64,000 bases of DNA from Thalia democratica (Eukaryota), in the NCBI GenBank assembly GCA_965202585.1, contig OZ241832.1, forward strand, positions 56,916,001 through 56,980,000, in the 5' to 3' direction. The translations under genes were made by a program, and so were the position numbers. Position 1 is the stretch's first letter, and each line of letters opens with the position of its first letter. This document shows positions 36,300 to 48,108 of the stretch, piece by piece. Under the pieces are notes generated by a model. The model was not told where the DNA came from. It did not search any database and saw only the letters and a program-made list of their open reading frames with translations.

Positions 36300-39200
36300 A
36301 TGCCAAAAGTAATTAACGAAACGTACGTAATGCAACAAAAAACACGTAAGTTATTGATTGAGTTTTTATTTACTGTTTATTTTACTAAAAGTTTATTTAA
36401 GTTTTAATTCTTAAATTTAGTTTTATAAAGACCTTATCATAGTGTTATACCTTATTTTTTTAGTTTTTACCAGACGTTGAAAAATTATTAGCTGTATTGA
36501 TAGGGCTAATTGTCAAATCTTTTACTTTGTATTTTACTTGTATTTTATTTTACTAAAAATTTATTTAAGTATAACTTTTTTGATGTTCTTAAGTGAATTT
36601 AATATATTTTTTTATTATGTTTTGACTTTTTACAATACAATAAAAATTTAATATACTGTTTTAATAGATTTTGTTCTGAACTTTATCTTGAAAACCTTTA
36701 GCAGTATATTCATTTAATTATTATTTTTTTTGATTATTTTTACTTTTTTAAATTTTTATCATTTTTCCAGAAAAAGATCAGACGCCGAAAGACTGCGACC
36801 AGCTGATCACTGTGAGCATCAAGGAGAGCAAGAAGCGCAAGAAGCGCAAGATGAATAAAATATGCTCCTACTGCTTCAAGAAGAAGAGGACGCTGATCGT
36901 CTTCATCGTAATATTCCTCATCGTCGCGCTGGCGTGCACCTTTGTTTTGCTGAAAAATCGAGGTGAGTTTCGTTGAGGTTACGAGAAGCAGTTGAAACAA
37001 TTTTTACCTATAAATATTTAAAAATAACATTTCTGTTTGTGACTTTTATTGAGTTTTGTAGTTAAATTGGAATTTAAAATGTTATATCCCTATCAATATT
37101 TAAACAAAACAATTCTTTTTTTAAAATAACTTTGTTTTACAAAAATTCAAACAGTTTTTAAGAAATTCGAAAAATACTAACACCAAAAGCACCAAACAAG
37201 TTTATTCTATAAAGTTTAACTGTTTTTACAGGTTTGTTCTACAATAACACATCTAAAACTGACGACGAGTTGGTTTCCACCAAAAATCTTGCAGTCCCGA
37301 AAAACAGCTGCAGCCTCACAATCAGCAGCAAGTCGAAAGAGTTCCAAGTGAAGAAAATAATCTTGAACAAGAAAACTTTTGATGATTTCTTTCAAACCGA
37401 TAAAGAAAAGTTCAACGGAGAAAAATGGATTTCTCTGAAGAACATCGTCAATTCTGGTGAAAATAATAATGTAGAATTGAAAATGTTATACAAAAAAGAT
37501 TATGTCACAAGTAACAATCACGTAACAAAAAACCCTGATAATGACGTCACAAATGACGATGACGTCACAGTAGTGTTCCACGAGTCGTGCAACCGGCTTC
37601 TACCGATCCTCGGCTACTTCAGCCGAAACACTACGACAAGTGATCACGTGGACTTGCTCAAGCGTGACAAGTGCGATTTCGAGCACGTCGATTCGAGGGT
37701 CAACTGCAACTGGCGGGAAATAGTTCCAAACGGGGAACTCCCCTCAGTTGATCACGAGAAGAGGCGGGAAAGTTCAAAGAAAGTCCCTGTAAACTGCGCC
37801 GCTTTCCAAGGCGTGCAGGAAAAGGAGAACGTTCAGAACCAGTTCTTTGCCAAAGTGGTCGGCGACCCTGACAGCGGGGAGAAGTTCACCACCGCCTACA
37901 TGACGTCACCGACCTTTGACGTCACGGAACTGGATCACGTGACTTTCTCGATGCACTCGGCGATCCACTGCGACGGGTCGAGCTTGAGAGGTTACGTCAT
38001 ACCGGCCAGCAATGACGTGTTGGAGGAGGTGGAAAGTGCGGAGAGTTTTTTCGAGGTCGACCACGCCGTGTTCGGGTGGAAGATGGAGAAGTTCAATTTC
38101 GACGTTTCCACCCTCGCCGGTGAATACAGGGTCGGTTTGCTGCGTGTTTTGTAAAGTGTTTGAGTAAAAATGTTGAAGTTTTTGAAGCGCTTGCTACTTT
38201 TATTTTTTGCTTTAAAAACTTTTTATGATAGTAGTACTTACAAACACTAAATACTTCTGTTATTTGATTTTTGAATATTTTATTGACATATTGTTTTTAA
38301 ATATGTTATTGACAATGTTTAAACGGGCGTATAGTATACTTACAAACACTTAATATTCCATTGCATAATTTATTTAAAATGTCATTTAGTAGCTTCGAAA
38401 TTTAGCAAAACTAGTTTTTTTAAAACTGACAAATGAAGTTTTCAAAAAAGAGCATTGCGTAAAAGTTCAATCAACGAAATCGGCGAAAGTCTGCAGAACA
38501 AGTCCGGACTTTCGTTTGCCGTGAGACAAGCTCAAATTTAACAAAAAGGTTGATAATGCCAATTCGATCAGATGTCTTGCCTAGTGGACAATGTTTGAAA
38601 CGTTGCACGGCAAAGACAATGCTGACGTCACTAATCATTGCCAGCAAATGGTTGCTTCATGTGAAAGCATCATAATCCGTTTGTAGATTGACGACTACAA
38701 GTTTTTTGGTTGTGACTGACTGATGAGTCCTAATAAGGACAAAACCGGTCTCAGTCTACCGAAACTTGTGGTCTGATGATCGAATTGGCATGATCAATCC
38801 TTTTGCGTTAAAGTTATAAAGCGATTACAAATATTTATTTATTATAAAAAATATTACGACAACAGTTTAAAAGTTTAATTTTTTTTTTCTAATTTACTAT
38901 GTTTTAAGAGTTTTTCAATATAAAATAAGCTATAGTGTTGGAAAAATACAATAATAATTGTCAAACCATGTACAAGCTACTGTTTCGGACCACTATATAT
39001 TTAACATGTTTGTTTCCAATAACTTTTAATTCAGTTTAAACATTAAAATAGCTTTTTAAAATTACACTTTTTTGTAATTTATATGTAACTGAAAATCTAA
39101 ATATAAGCGTACAATAATTTTACAACTACTAAACAAGTTTGCAATAAATATAAACTTTAACGCTTAGGTTTTTTTGAAAGCAAGTGTGCTTAACAACCAA

Positions 39201-42156
39201 ACGTGCCAAGGTGACACCAAGTATTGCGGAGTTGGACCGACAATCAACATCGACGAAATTGTAATCGATGGAGGACTCAAGTGCAACAATGGTACATTGA
39301 TAAGTTTGTTTGATTACTTAAGTCTAAAAATTGAAAAAATATACGACTATTTTAAAGTTGTTTATGCAATTCTTAAACCTACATGTGTATAGTTCAGGAT
39401 AATTTGTTAACAGCTTATAGTATTTTTAAAAACAAAAAAAATAAAAAGAATTATTAAAAAAAAAAAAAATTATATGGATTTAAAAAATTTGCTGATATGT
39501 AGAGTACAACAACTTAAATCATTCAACGTCTTTTGAAAGTGAAGTATCTTACGTAAACTATATTTTAATTCGTTATAACAGAAATATTTGCTTTTTTTTT
39601 TAATAAAACCTATATTTCTGTATTAAAAAAAAGTTTTTTTTAAACCAAAGTAAAAAACATTCAGGTTCCGCGAGAAGTGTCAAGCATTCTTTTTCAAATA
39701 CAAACGAGAACGCTCCTGATAGGTGGGAGAAGACAAGCAACGAAGGTAAAAGTTTATTATATTCGTGTTTAGTGGAGAGTGAAGTATTTATCTTGTGATT
39801 GAAATTGTTGTATTCATTTTCTTAAAATTTGTTCGTATTTATTGAAAATATTTTTTAAATGCTTCTTTATATTTAACTAACAAAAACAAATCCATTCATT
39901 TTTTTTATTGAATTGAAAATATAGATAAAAAAACTTAGGCAAGTTAGTCTGTAAAATTTTTTTATCCTAAAACTTCTCCTATATATATTTATTTATTGAA
40001 AGAAATACAGTAGAAGTTTGGCCTTAATAACAAATAAAACTATATTTTTGTTTTCAAACTACATTACATATTTTTACTAAAACTTTTTTGCTTACTAGCT
40101 TTAAACTTTAACTTTGATTATTAGCTAGAGTGGGTGGCTTGATAATTGTTCAAATCATTGGCACGATGTGGCAAATCGTATTTGCCTAGTCAGCAAAAAA
40201 AGATTTTTATGCATGTTATTTTTAATATTGACCACTAAAAATTTATTCTTTGACCTATTTCCAATCTGATTGTGTAAGGTGGGTTAGGGATAAGGGTATA
40301 AAAAAAAAAAAAAAAGCATTAAAAAAGTTGCCAACTCATCAAACATGTAAATGATTTGCTACATTATGCTAATGATTTGCACATTTCTCAAGCTGTTAGT
40401 CACATATATTTTTGTTGATTTACGTAACTTAAATGTAATGTTTAATAAATATTAAAAATTAAACAAATATTAAGTTTAGTAACTCTAGTTTTGTTGTTAT
40501 AAAAATTTGTTTTTTTTTTTCACGCTTCTTCTATGGACTGTATAAAACAGTTTATTTCCTAACAATCGAAGAAACTGAAATTAACAGACTGTTTATTTTT
40601 TTCAGAAGAAAGTTGGCAACTAGAAGTTAGCACACGTTCACCTTCAGCCCTGAGCACTGGACTTTTGAAATCAACAAAAAATTGCTCGTGCAAAGTTACT
40701 TTCAAATTCACAAATAATGTAAGTATTTTTTTAACTATATATAATGTTTTTTTCGACATAAAAGCACAATTTTTAAAATGTAAAGTCTTTGCAGATAGTT
40801 CAATTTGTAGCAAAAAAAAAGTTGTTAGCTTTTCTGAACTGAAATTTTTAAAACTAATAGTTGCTTAACATTAAATTGTAATTTAGAATGTAAAAGCAAT
40901 TTAACACACTAGAGTAGTATGGAGAAAGTCTATTGGATAGTAATCACGATAAAAAACAACTTATAAATTTAAATACCGAAATAAAACTTAATTTTTTTAA
41001 TCTTGTTATCAAAACAATGTTTCACTCGTTTAAAATAAACCAAACGAGATCTTCAGTTGAATGTAAAATATTATTCAAAAAAAAACCAAAGTAAAACAAC
41101 TAACCAATCACAGAACCTGATTCGTGGCGTTGTGACGATCCGCTTGGAGCAGAAGTACGGCCGAACACCGAACGAGCGAATGTCGAACAAGAAGATATTG
41201 TGGAAAAGGCGACGAAGCGGAACGGTGGAGGTCGAGCTGAATCTGGTCGATGACGGAGTTCCCTTCGTGCTCGAGTTCGCCAGTTCCGAGTACGGGGGAT
41301 ACCCGGAAAACGTGTCGTTGGAGAACATCGTGTTTGTCGGCTGTGGTGAGTTGAATTTTTTGAATGTTGAATATCTGGTGTTGGAAACAAGTTGTTTTAC
41401 TTTTGTTACAAACTTTTTAGATGTTTTGTGAGTCAGTTTGAAAATCTAAACTTGCCAGAATAAATTTTCTTGTTAGCTTTACTATACAGTTAAATAAAAA
41501 TTATAAGAAATTTAAATTTACTAATAGTTTTATTGGTTTAAAATTCAGTTAAAAGTAAAACATTTTTAAACGACCTAAAGCTTTTTTCGTAATATATGTT
41601 AAAAGTGTTTGTTCCTTTAATAGGATTTTATTCATTATCTAGAAAGATTTTTTACTTCTCTTTAACAATACACATTTACAAATTATTAACTTATGTTGAA
41701 TTTTTTGTATATTGAAAATCAAATCTGTTAATGAAACTTAAATAAAGGATTTTTTTTTAAAGAACGCTTTTAATGTTTTGCGTGTGTTGAAAATCTATAA
41801 ACGAAAATAAGTTGTATGATATTTATCATTCAACTTTTTGTTTTGTTTCAGGTTTAAAACTTAACTTTAAGAAAATAGTTCACTTTTTAGCTTTGCTATA
41901 CATTAAAAGAAGTTATGATACATTAAATTTATTAACAGTTATAATGGTTTAATTTACAGTTTTTAAAAAGACATTTCTATTGACCCTAAGTTATTTTATT
42001 GTATATTTTTAAAACAATTTCTGTCTTTAGTAGGTTTTTATTCATTATTTATAAAGGTATTTTACTCACTAGTCTTTTAAAGATTGCCTTATTACAAAAT
42101 GTTAACCAATTTTTAAAGAAAAATAATATTTTTCAGATTTCGTCGAAGTAAAATGA
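36300..42156 (+). CDS. Type II membrane protein with MAM-like ectodomains, copy A (8 coding exons, 568 aa)
   Basis: Exons 36300-36345, 36771-36962, 37232-38130, 39168-39291, 39665-39745, 40606-40718, 41114-41345, 42137-42156. All are GT-AG with compatible phases, totalling 1707 nt. N-terminus MPKVINETY...KKRKKRK, then TM (TLIVFIVIFLIVALACTFVLL), MAM-like CDFE...CNW...SPTF...W...GEYRVFLKA...IDEIVI...C, a second MAM-like repeat ending LENIVFVGC, and DFVEVK*. Confidence 0.85.
38548..38800 (+). mobile_element. Hammerhead-containing short element, copy 2, in intron 3 of MAM gene A
   Basis: Homologous to 12790-13009 over the ~150-bp 3' core. Left GGTTGATAATGCCAATTCGATCA is an inverted copy of its own right end. 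It lies in ~900 bp of intron sequence absent from the copy B intron (~146 bp in B versus ~1037 bp in A). Confidence 0.75.
38714..38756 (+). ncRNA. Type I minimal hammerhead ribozyme fold (G12A variant)
   Basis: GACTGA-CTGATGA-GTCCT AATA AGGAC-AAAAC CG GTC-TCAGTC: perfect stem I (GACTGA/TCAGTC), 5-bp stem II with a tetraloop, stem III ACCGGT, GUC at 38748-38750. Confidence 0.78.
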
Positions 42157-43799
42157 AAAGGTTAAACATCAATGTGGAAAGAAAATGCCAGTTGAATAAT
42201 CGTGCTTTTAACTGATTTTGCTAGTTTAAGCTTAAAAATTACTAATTTATGAAGTTTTAAGTTTGAAAATTAGTGTTTCAAATGGTTGTATTTACAGATT
42301 GAGTAACTTTAAGCTTTGTTTAATGTGATTTGTTTATTCCTAATAAACTTAAAAATTGCGAAAAACGATATAAGTACCATTTTGGTTAAAAATATTGTCT
42401 GTAAACGTTATGAAAAGTTTAATTGACTTTTAATAAAAGTTTATTTAAAGAATTTAAAGTTCTAAACTTTAGTATTTTTCTTTTAATTTTCAAAAGGTTT
42501 GCTGTCTTATTTTTAATTTTTGTTTACTGAGTTCTACTTGTTTAGTTTTAATTTTTTGTATTAACCATTTTCGTGGTTTAGCTAAAAAATAAGTTTACGA
42601 GTTGAAACTTAACTTTTTCTAAGAAATATTTAAAGTTTTTCAATTATACTGACAAACATTATTTTATTTTACCTCTGTAGCGCTATTGTATTTTTTTGCC
42701 TTTTCACGTTTTAGTAATTTATATGCAAATCAGCATAAACACTGTGTAAAAAATAAAAACAAAATACTAGTGTGTTATGAAAGTGCATTTAAACGGTTGT
42801 AAACTAATAATGTTTTTGTTAGATTGGCTTTAAAAAATTTTAATAAAATATATTACATTTTCTAAAATTTTATATAACAGATTTAAGTTTTTAATTTTAA
42901 AAACTTATGTAATCATGTATTTGTTAACGCTAAACATTATTATGGACTGTGTAAATATTGTATACTTTTATAAATAATAAGTGTTGACTATTGCTGATTT
43001 TACAGATTTTAATCACAAGTTAAGCATTTCGAACTTTTATTTATTTTAGAATAAACTGCAGACAAACTTTCGAGCTTTGTGAATTTTAGAATAGAAATTG
43101 GTATAGAACAAGAAAAGAAAAATAAACAAATCTTGTTTTACCCTATAGTATAAGTACTGATGATTTAAACTGTTATTAAAACAGTTTAATTCTGTTTGTG
43201 ACAAAAAAGTCTTTTAAATATCAAGTTTTTAACTTTTTTATAGCTACAAAAATTTTAAATACTTAGTTGCTTAATGATTTGCGTTTCTTTGTTTTACCTG
43301 TTATATTAAAAACTAGTTTGAATTTTTTAAAACAGTAAAAAGCAACTTATAACTTATTTTAAACCCTACAAATTATGATTATTTACGAGTTTTGTTTTAT
43401 ATATTTTTTGTAACAGGTTTCATTTAAAAAAAGGTATGACACAAGAAGCGTTTTCATTAATTTGTAAAAGGAAACATTATTTTAGCCTTAAAGGAAATAA
43501 AAATTTTCGCGTACCTTACGCATGTGCGTACTTATTATAGAAAACATTTAAAAATAATAAATTAATGTGTGTTAAAAATTTAGTGCGTACCTTATGCGGT
43601 TACATACTTCTTAATGTGCGTACCTTATCAATGTACATACTTTGTTAATAGCACAAATTTAAAATTATGGTTTAGTTTAGACTAGATTGCAGCCCGAATC
43701 AAATGAACATGATTTTAATTTCAGTTCGATGTTGGTGCAACATCATCCTAGCTGATTATCACATATCTAACTAAATTTATTTTTGTTTGTAAAAAATAA

Positions 43800-44270
43800 A
43801 TTACATAAATGTACTTATAGATCTAACAATTGGTTTATGTGAACTCAAGTGTTTTTCGTTTACCAAATTTTAAAAATACAAAAACAAAAGATAATATTTA
43901 TAATAGGCCAAGCCACTACTTCTATAAATTTACTAAATATAAATTATATAAATACACTTATAAATCAAACAATTGGATTATATGTGTTCAAGTTTTAACT
44001 TTTATTTTTGTTTATTAAATCTTAAATACAAAAACTATCCGAAATAATTATAAATGCCAAGCCACTACTTCTTTAGTTAACAAAATATAAATCAAACAAC
44101 TGGTTTATGTGTGTTAAAGTTTTTATGTATATAAACATTTTTTCTTTACAAAATCTTAAATACAAATCTATCCATAGCCTTTTAGTAAGCTGAGCCACTA
44201 CTTCTATTAGTTTACAAAATATAAATTACATAAATGTACTTATAAATCAAAAAATTAGTTTATTTGTATT
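43800..44270 (+). repeat. Degenerate minisatellite (~140-150-bp unit, ~3.3 copies) in the spacer of the inverted duplication
   Basis: AGCCACTACTTCT at ~43910, ~44061 and ~44193, each followed by AAAATATAAAT...AAATCAAA.AA.TGG.TTAT. Confidence 0.8.
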
Positions 44271-47200
44271 GGAGTCGTTTTTTTTATTTTTTTGTTTATA
44301 AAATTTATGACAAATACTCTCCATAATATACTACTCAATAATATTTATTTAAGGACTAGACACTATTTTATTTTCCATTCAATTGCAGCAACTTAATTGC
44401 AGCAACATCTAAATACTACCTATAATTTTAATGACATAAAATCAAGTTAAGGGTAGATTTATGCAACTCTATCCATAAAATAGTGCCCATAAATTAGTAC
44501 CCATAAAAAGTCGTACCGGTTTACTTCTACCTTTTGAGACGGACTTTTTGTTTTATTTATATGGTTTATAAGTTTTGAAAACAATAAAAACTGTTATCTA
44601 AATGTAAAATACAAGGAAAAAATGCTGTCTAAAAATACGAAAAAAAGCTTAATTATCAAAAATGTTGTTAACAAATTATTGATACAGCATAGTTTATCAT
44701 AATTACAAAATTAGAAATGTTTATTGATGTCGAATTAAAATTATACATGAATAGTATAGAACAGTTTTTGTGCATTTACCTCTTAAACATTTGAGATTTA
44801 AAATTTCACTGTTTATACCTTTGTCCTCACGACAAATTTATTTCGATTTACAGCCACTACTGCAGTTTAAATTTATATTTGAACTAACAACAACCTTATT
44901 CAAATTTAATTTTTCATCATTTTTAAAGTTTTTAGTTCGCTCATTCTTAGGAGGGTCTACATTCGTGTCCTTAAGTTGGTCTTTGCATGCTATATGTAAG
45001 GACTTTTATTGTATTCATGTTCAAAATATGAATACTTTACATATCATATTACAGTACACAAGAGTGTTATATAAAGTAGAACGTTAGTTATGTTTGTTAA
45101 TTTTATAGGTTTTACAATATGCCTTTTTTTTTAGTTTAAAAAAAATTATACTAGTTTTTAAAGTTAAAAGTTTTTATAGTAAAAATACAGTAAATAAACA
45201 ACTAGATAATTTTTTTTAGCAACAAAGTTAGAAATGTTTAATTTTTAGAATGAACTCTAATTATATTGATAAATGATTAAACAAACCTCACATTTGAGAC
45301 TTTCGGGCTAGGTTATATTATAGAGTAGTTTTTAAAGTTTTTTTTGGTATTTTAAATAATTTAACATTAATTATTTTTGTCATTAACTCTTAAAATTTAA
45401 TTTACTATAATAATATAAGTTAAGATTTTTTATAACTATAAACGTTTTAGTAGATTTAAACTAACTTGCAAAGAACTTTTCATTATCTGTGATTAATAAG
45501 AAAATTACCTGAACAATTTAATAGTTTATTTAAAACAATTACTTGAAAGTTTTAGTTAAAAAAATTAAAAACTTTTTTTTTATTTAATCAATACACTGTG
45601 TATGCTACAATGTGATAAGGTACGCCTTAAAAATTATATATGAAAAGATACTCTTAGTCTAAATTTAAACTTTAAATGTGTTTAGAAAAATTTCTAATTC
45701 AATAAAAAATCTTGAGGTTTATTTTGATTTTCAGTTAAATTCTATTTGTGGCGATGTCGTTGTTTTCTAGGAATTTTTTAGATCTACTGTTCTATACAAA
45801 CATACAAAACTTGTTTGTTTTACGTACTGAATTCGATCAATAACTTTATGTTTATCAGTATAAATGTACAAAGATTAACTTATTGTTTGCAGCTAAAAGT
45901 TGATCGATACTAAAAATACGATGAGGCTTGCGATTCTTTTGATGTTAACAGAAATATTTCAATGAATATCAAAAAAATAAACAGTTTAAAAGATTAGTGT
46001 AAAAAATAAATTTTAAAACTAACTTTGTTTAGTTTTGCTCAGGTTAAATCGATATCTTCTACTACATATTTTAGGCAAAGTATTATTATAACTTTTTGTT
46101 TTGTAAAACAGATAAAAAATAAAGTAAACTAAAAAACTAGAAAGTTATATTAATATTAAACCGGTTTATATTTGCAAACAATAACAGCATTAACTCCGGT
46201 TTTTATGTTCATCACAAACGGAAGCAAACTCGTAATTTACAACAACAAAAAAGGTCATTAATCATGTAAAGCAATAACCGTCAAATTTCATTATCAAAGA
46301 TAAAATGAAATTATGTCTAATCTTCAACAACAGTATGACTGCTGGAAATTTAATGTCTTGTGAGCGCAGATGTTAAAAAATTTAGTTTTTAATTTCAGTA
46401 AAAGTAAACAAAGTAATAAATACACACTCAGGATAGAGAGTTGTTTCTTTATTATTTTTTTTGGTAAACAATAATTTAAATTAATGTAAGATAAAGAAAA
46501 AATAAAATCCACCAACACGGCTTTAATCTACACTGACATTCAGAAATGAATGATAAAAGAGCAATTTAATTGAAAAATTTCCAAAATATTTTTTGTTCGT
46601 TTTAAGGTTGTCTGATGTATTTTTGCTCGTGATTTTTTTGGCAAACTGGATTTTTAGCAAATTAAATTACTATTTTTTAGAAATGATTTTTACATTACAC
46701 TGTTTTGAAAATCTGTAAAAGTTAACTGAACATTTTTTTACAAAACTAAAACTTTTCACATTGGAAGAACAAAGTTTTAATTAAAAACTGTGAGTTAATT
46801 TTATAAAAATGCCACACAGGATGTAGCATGCAATTCGTTTTTGAAAACTTATGACTAATAAACAAACTTTTTTTAATCTAAAAATAATTAGCTAGTTGTA
46901 AATTCTAACGGTGACATATATATTGATTCATAGTACAAACTCTTAATGATTTTGTTTAAAAACAAACTCAATTGTGACTAAAGTTACTTTTTTATTATTT
47001 AAACAGGTTCGATAACCATGAAAAACAAAAAATTTGATATTTAAGAGGTTTAGTTGTCACAAGCAGAAATAAACTGTTTTAATAACAGTTTAAATCATCA
47101 GTACTTATACCATAGGGTAAAAGAAGATTAGTTTATTTTTCTTTTCTTGTTTTATACCAATTTGTTTTCTAAAATCCACAAAAGCTTGAAAGTTTGTCTG

Positions 47201-48108
47201 TAGTTTATTTTAAAGTAAATAAAAGCTCGAAATGCTAGAATTGTAATGATTAAAATGTGTAAAGTCAGCAATAGTCAACAAATATTTTTTATAAAAGTAT
47301 ACAATATTTACACAGTCCATGGTGATGTTTAGCATCAACAAACACGTAATTACATAAGTTTTCAAAATTAAAAACTTAAATCTGTTAAATAAAATTTTTG
47401 AAAAACGTAAAAAAACTTTAAGATTTTTTAAAGCCTATCTAACGCAAACATTATTAGTTTACAACCGTTTAAACGCACTTTCATAACACACTAATATTTT
47501 ATTTTTATTTTTTACACAGTGTTTATGCTGCTTTGCATATAAATTACTAAAACATGAAAAGGCAAAAAATACACTAGCGCAACGGAGGTAAAATAAAATA
47601 ATGTTTGTCAGTATAACTGAAAAGTTTCAAATATTTATTATTACAACTTGTGTTGTATTAATATAACAATCAATACAACACAAGTTTAAAATTAAACAAT
47701 TAAAATTCACTAAATAAAAAAGAAAAATAAGACAGCAAACCTTTTGAAAATTAAAAGAAATATACTAAAGCTAAGAACTTTAACTTTTTGAAATAAACTT
47801 TTAATACAAGTCAATTAAACTTTTATAACAATTACAAAACAATATTTTTAAACAAAATGGTAGTAGTATTTTTTTTTGTGATTTTTTAATTTATTAGAAA
47901 AAGCAAATAACTTAAATCAAAGCTTAAGACTGCTCAGTCTGTGAATACAACAATTTGCACAAAACATAGCTGTTTAAAACACTAATTTTAAGCTTAAAAC
48001 TTCTTAAATTAGTTGTTGTTTAGCTTAAACTAGCAAAATCAGTTAAAAGCAAGTACGACAACTGCCACTGTCTTTCTTTTTTTTATTCCACATTGATGTT
48101 CAACCTTT

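Larger units (their letters stand above)
28830..43235 (+). repeat. Segmental duplication unit A (left arm of a ~33-kb inverted repeat)
   Basis: Anchors to the reverse complement of 47020-61920, e.g. 28870<->61865, 31100<->59930, 33650<->55610, 37232-38130<->51384-52282, 43150<->47100. Confidence 0.92.

Noticed and set aside
36740-37000. Minus-strand ORF 36740-37000 and its mirror 52522-52755 (+)
   Set aside because: These are antisense shadows of exon 2. The opposite strand gives the TM exon with proper splice sites and synonymous differences between copies.
41057-41113. Upstream acceptor CTTCAG|TTG that would extend exon 7 by 19 codons
   Set aside because: Copy C has an in-frame TAA in this stretch, composition is intron-like, and a branch-point-like ACTAAC precedes the downstream AG at 41112-41113. 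The downstream acceptor is preferred.
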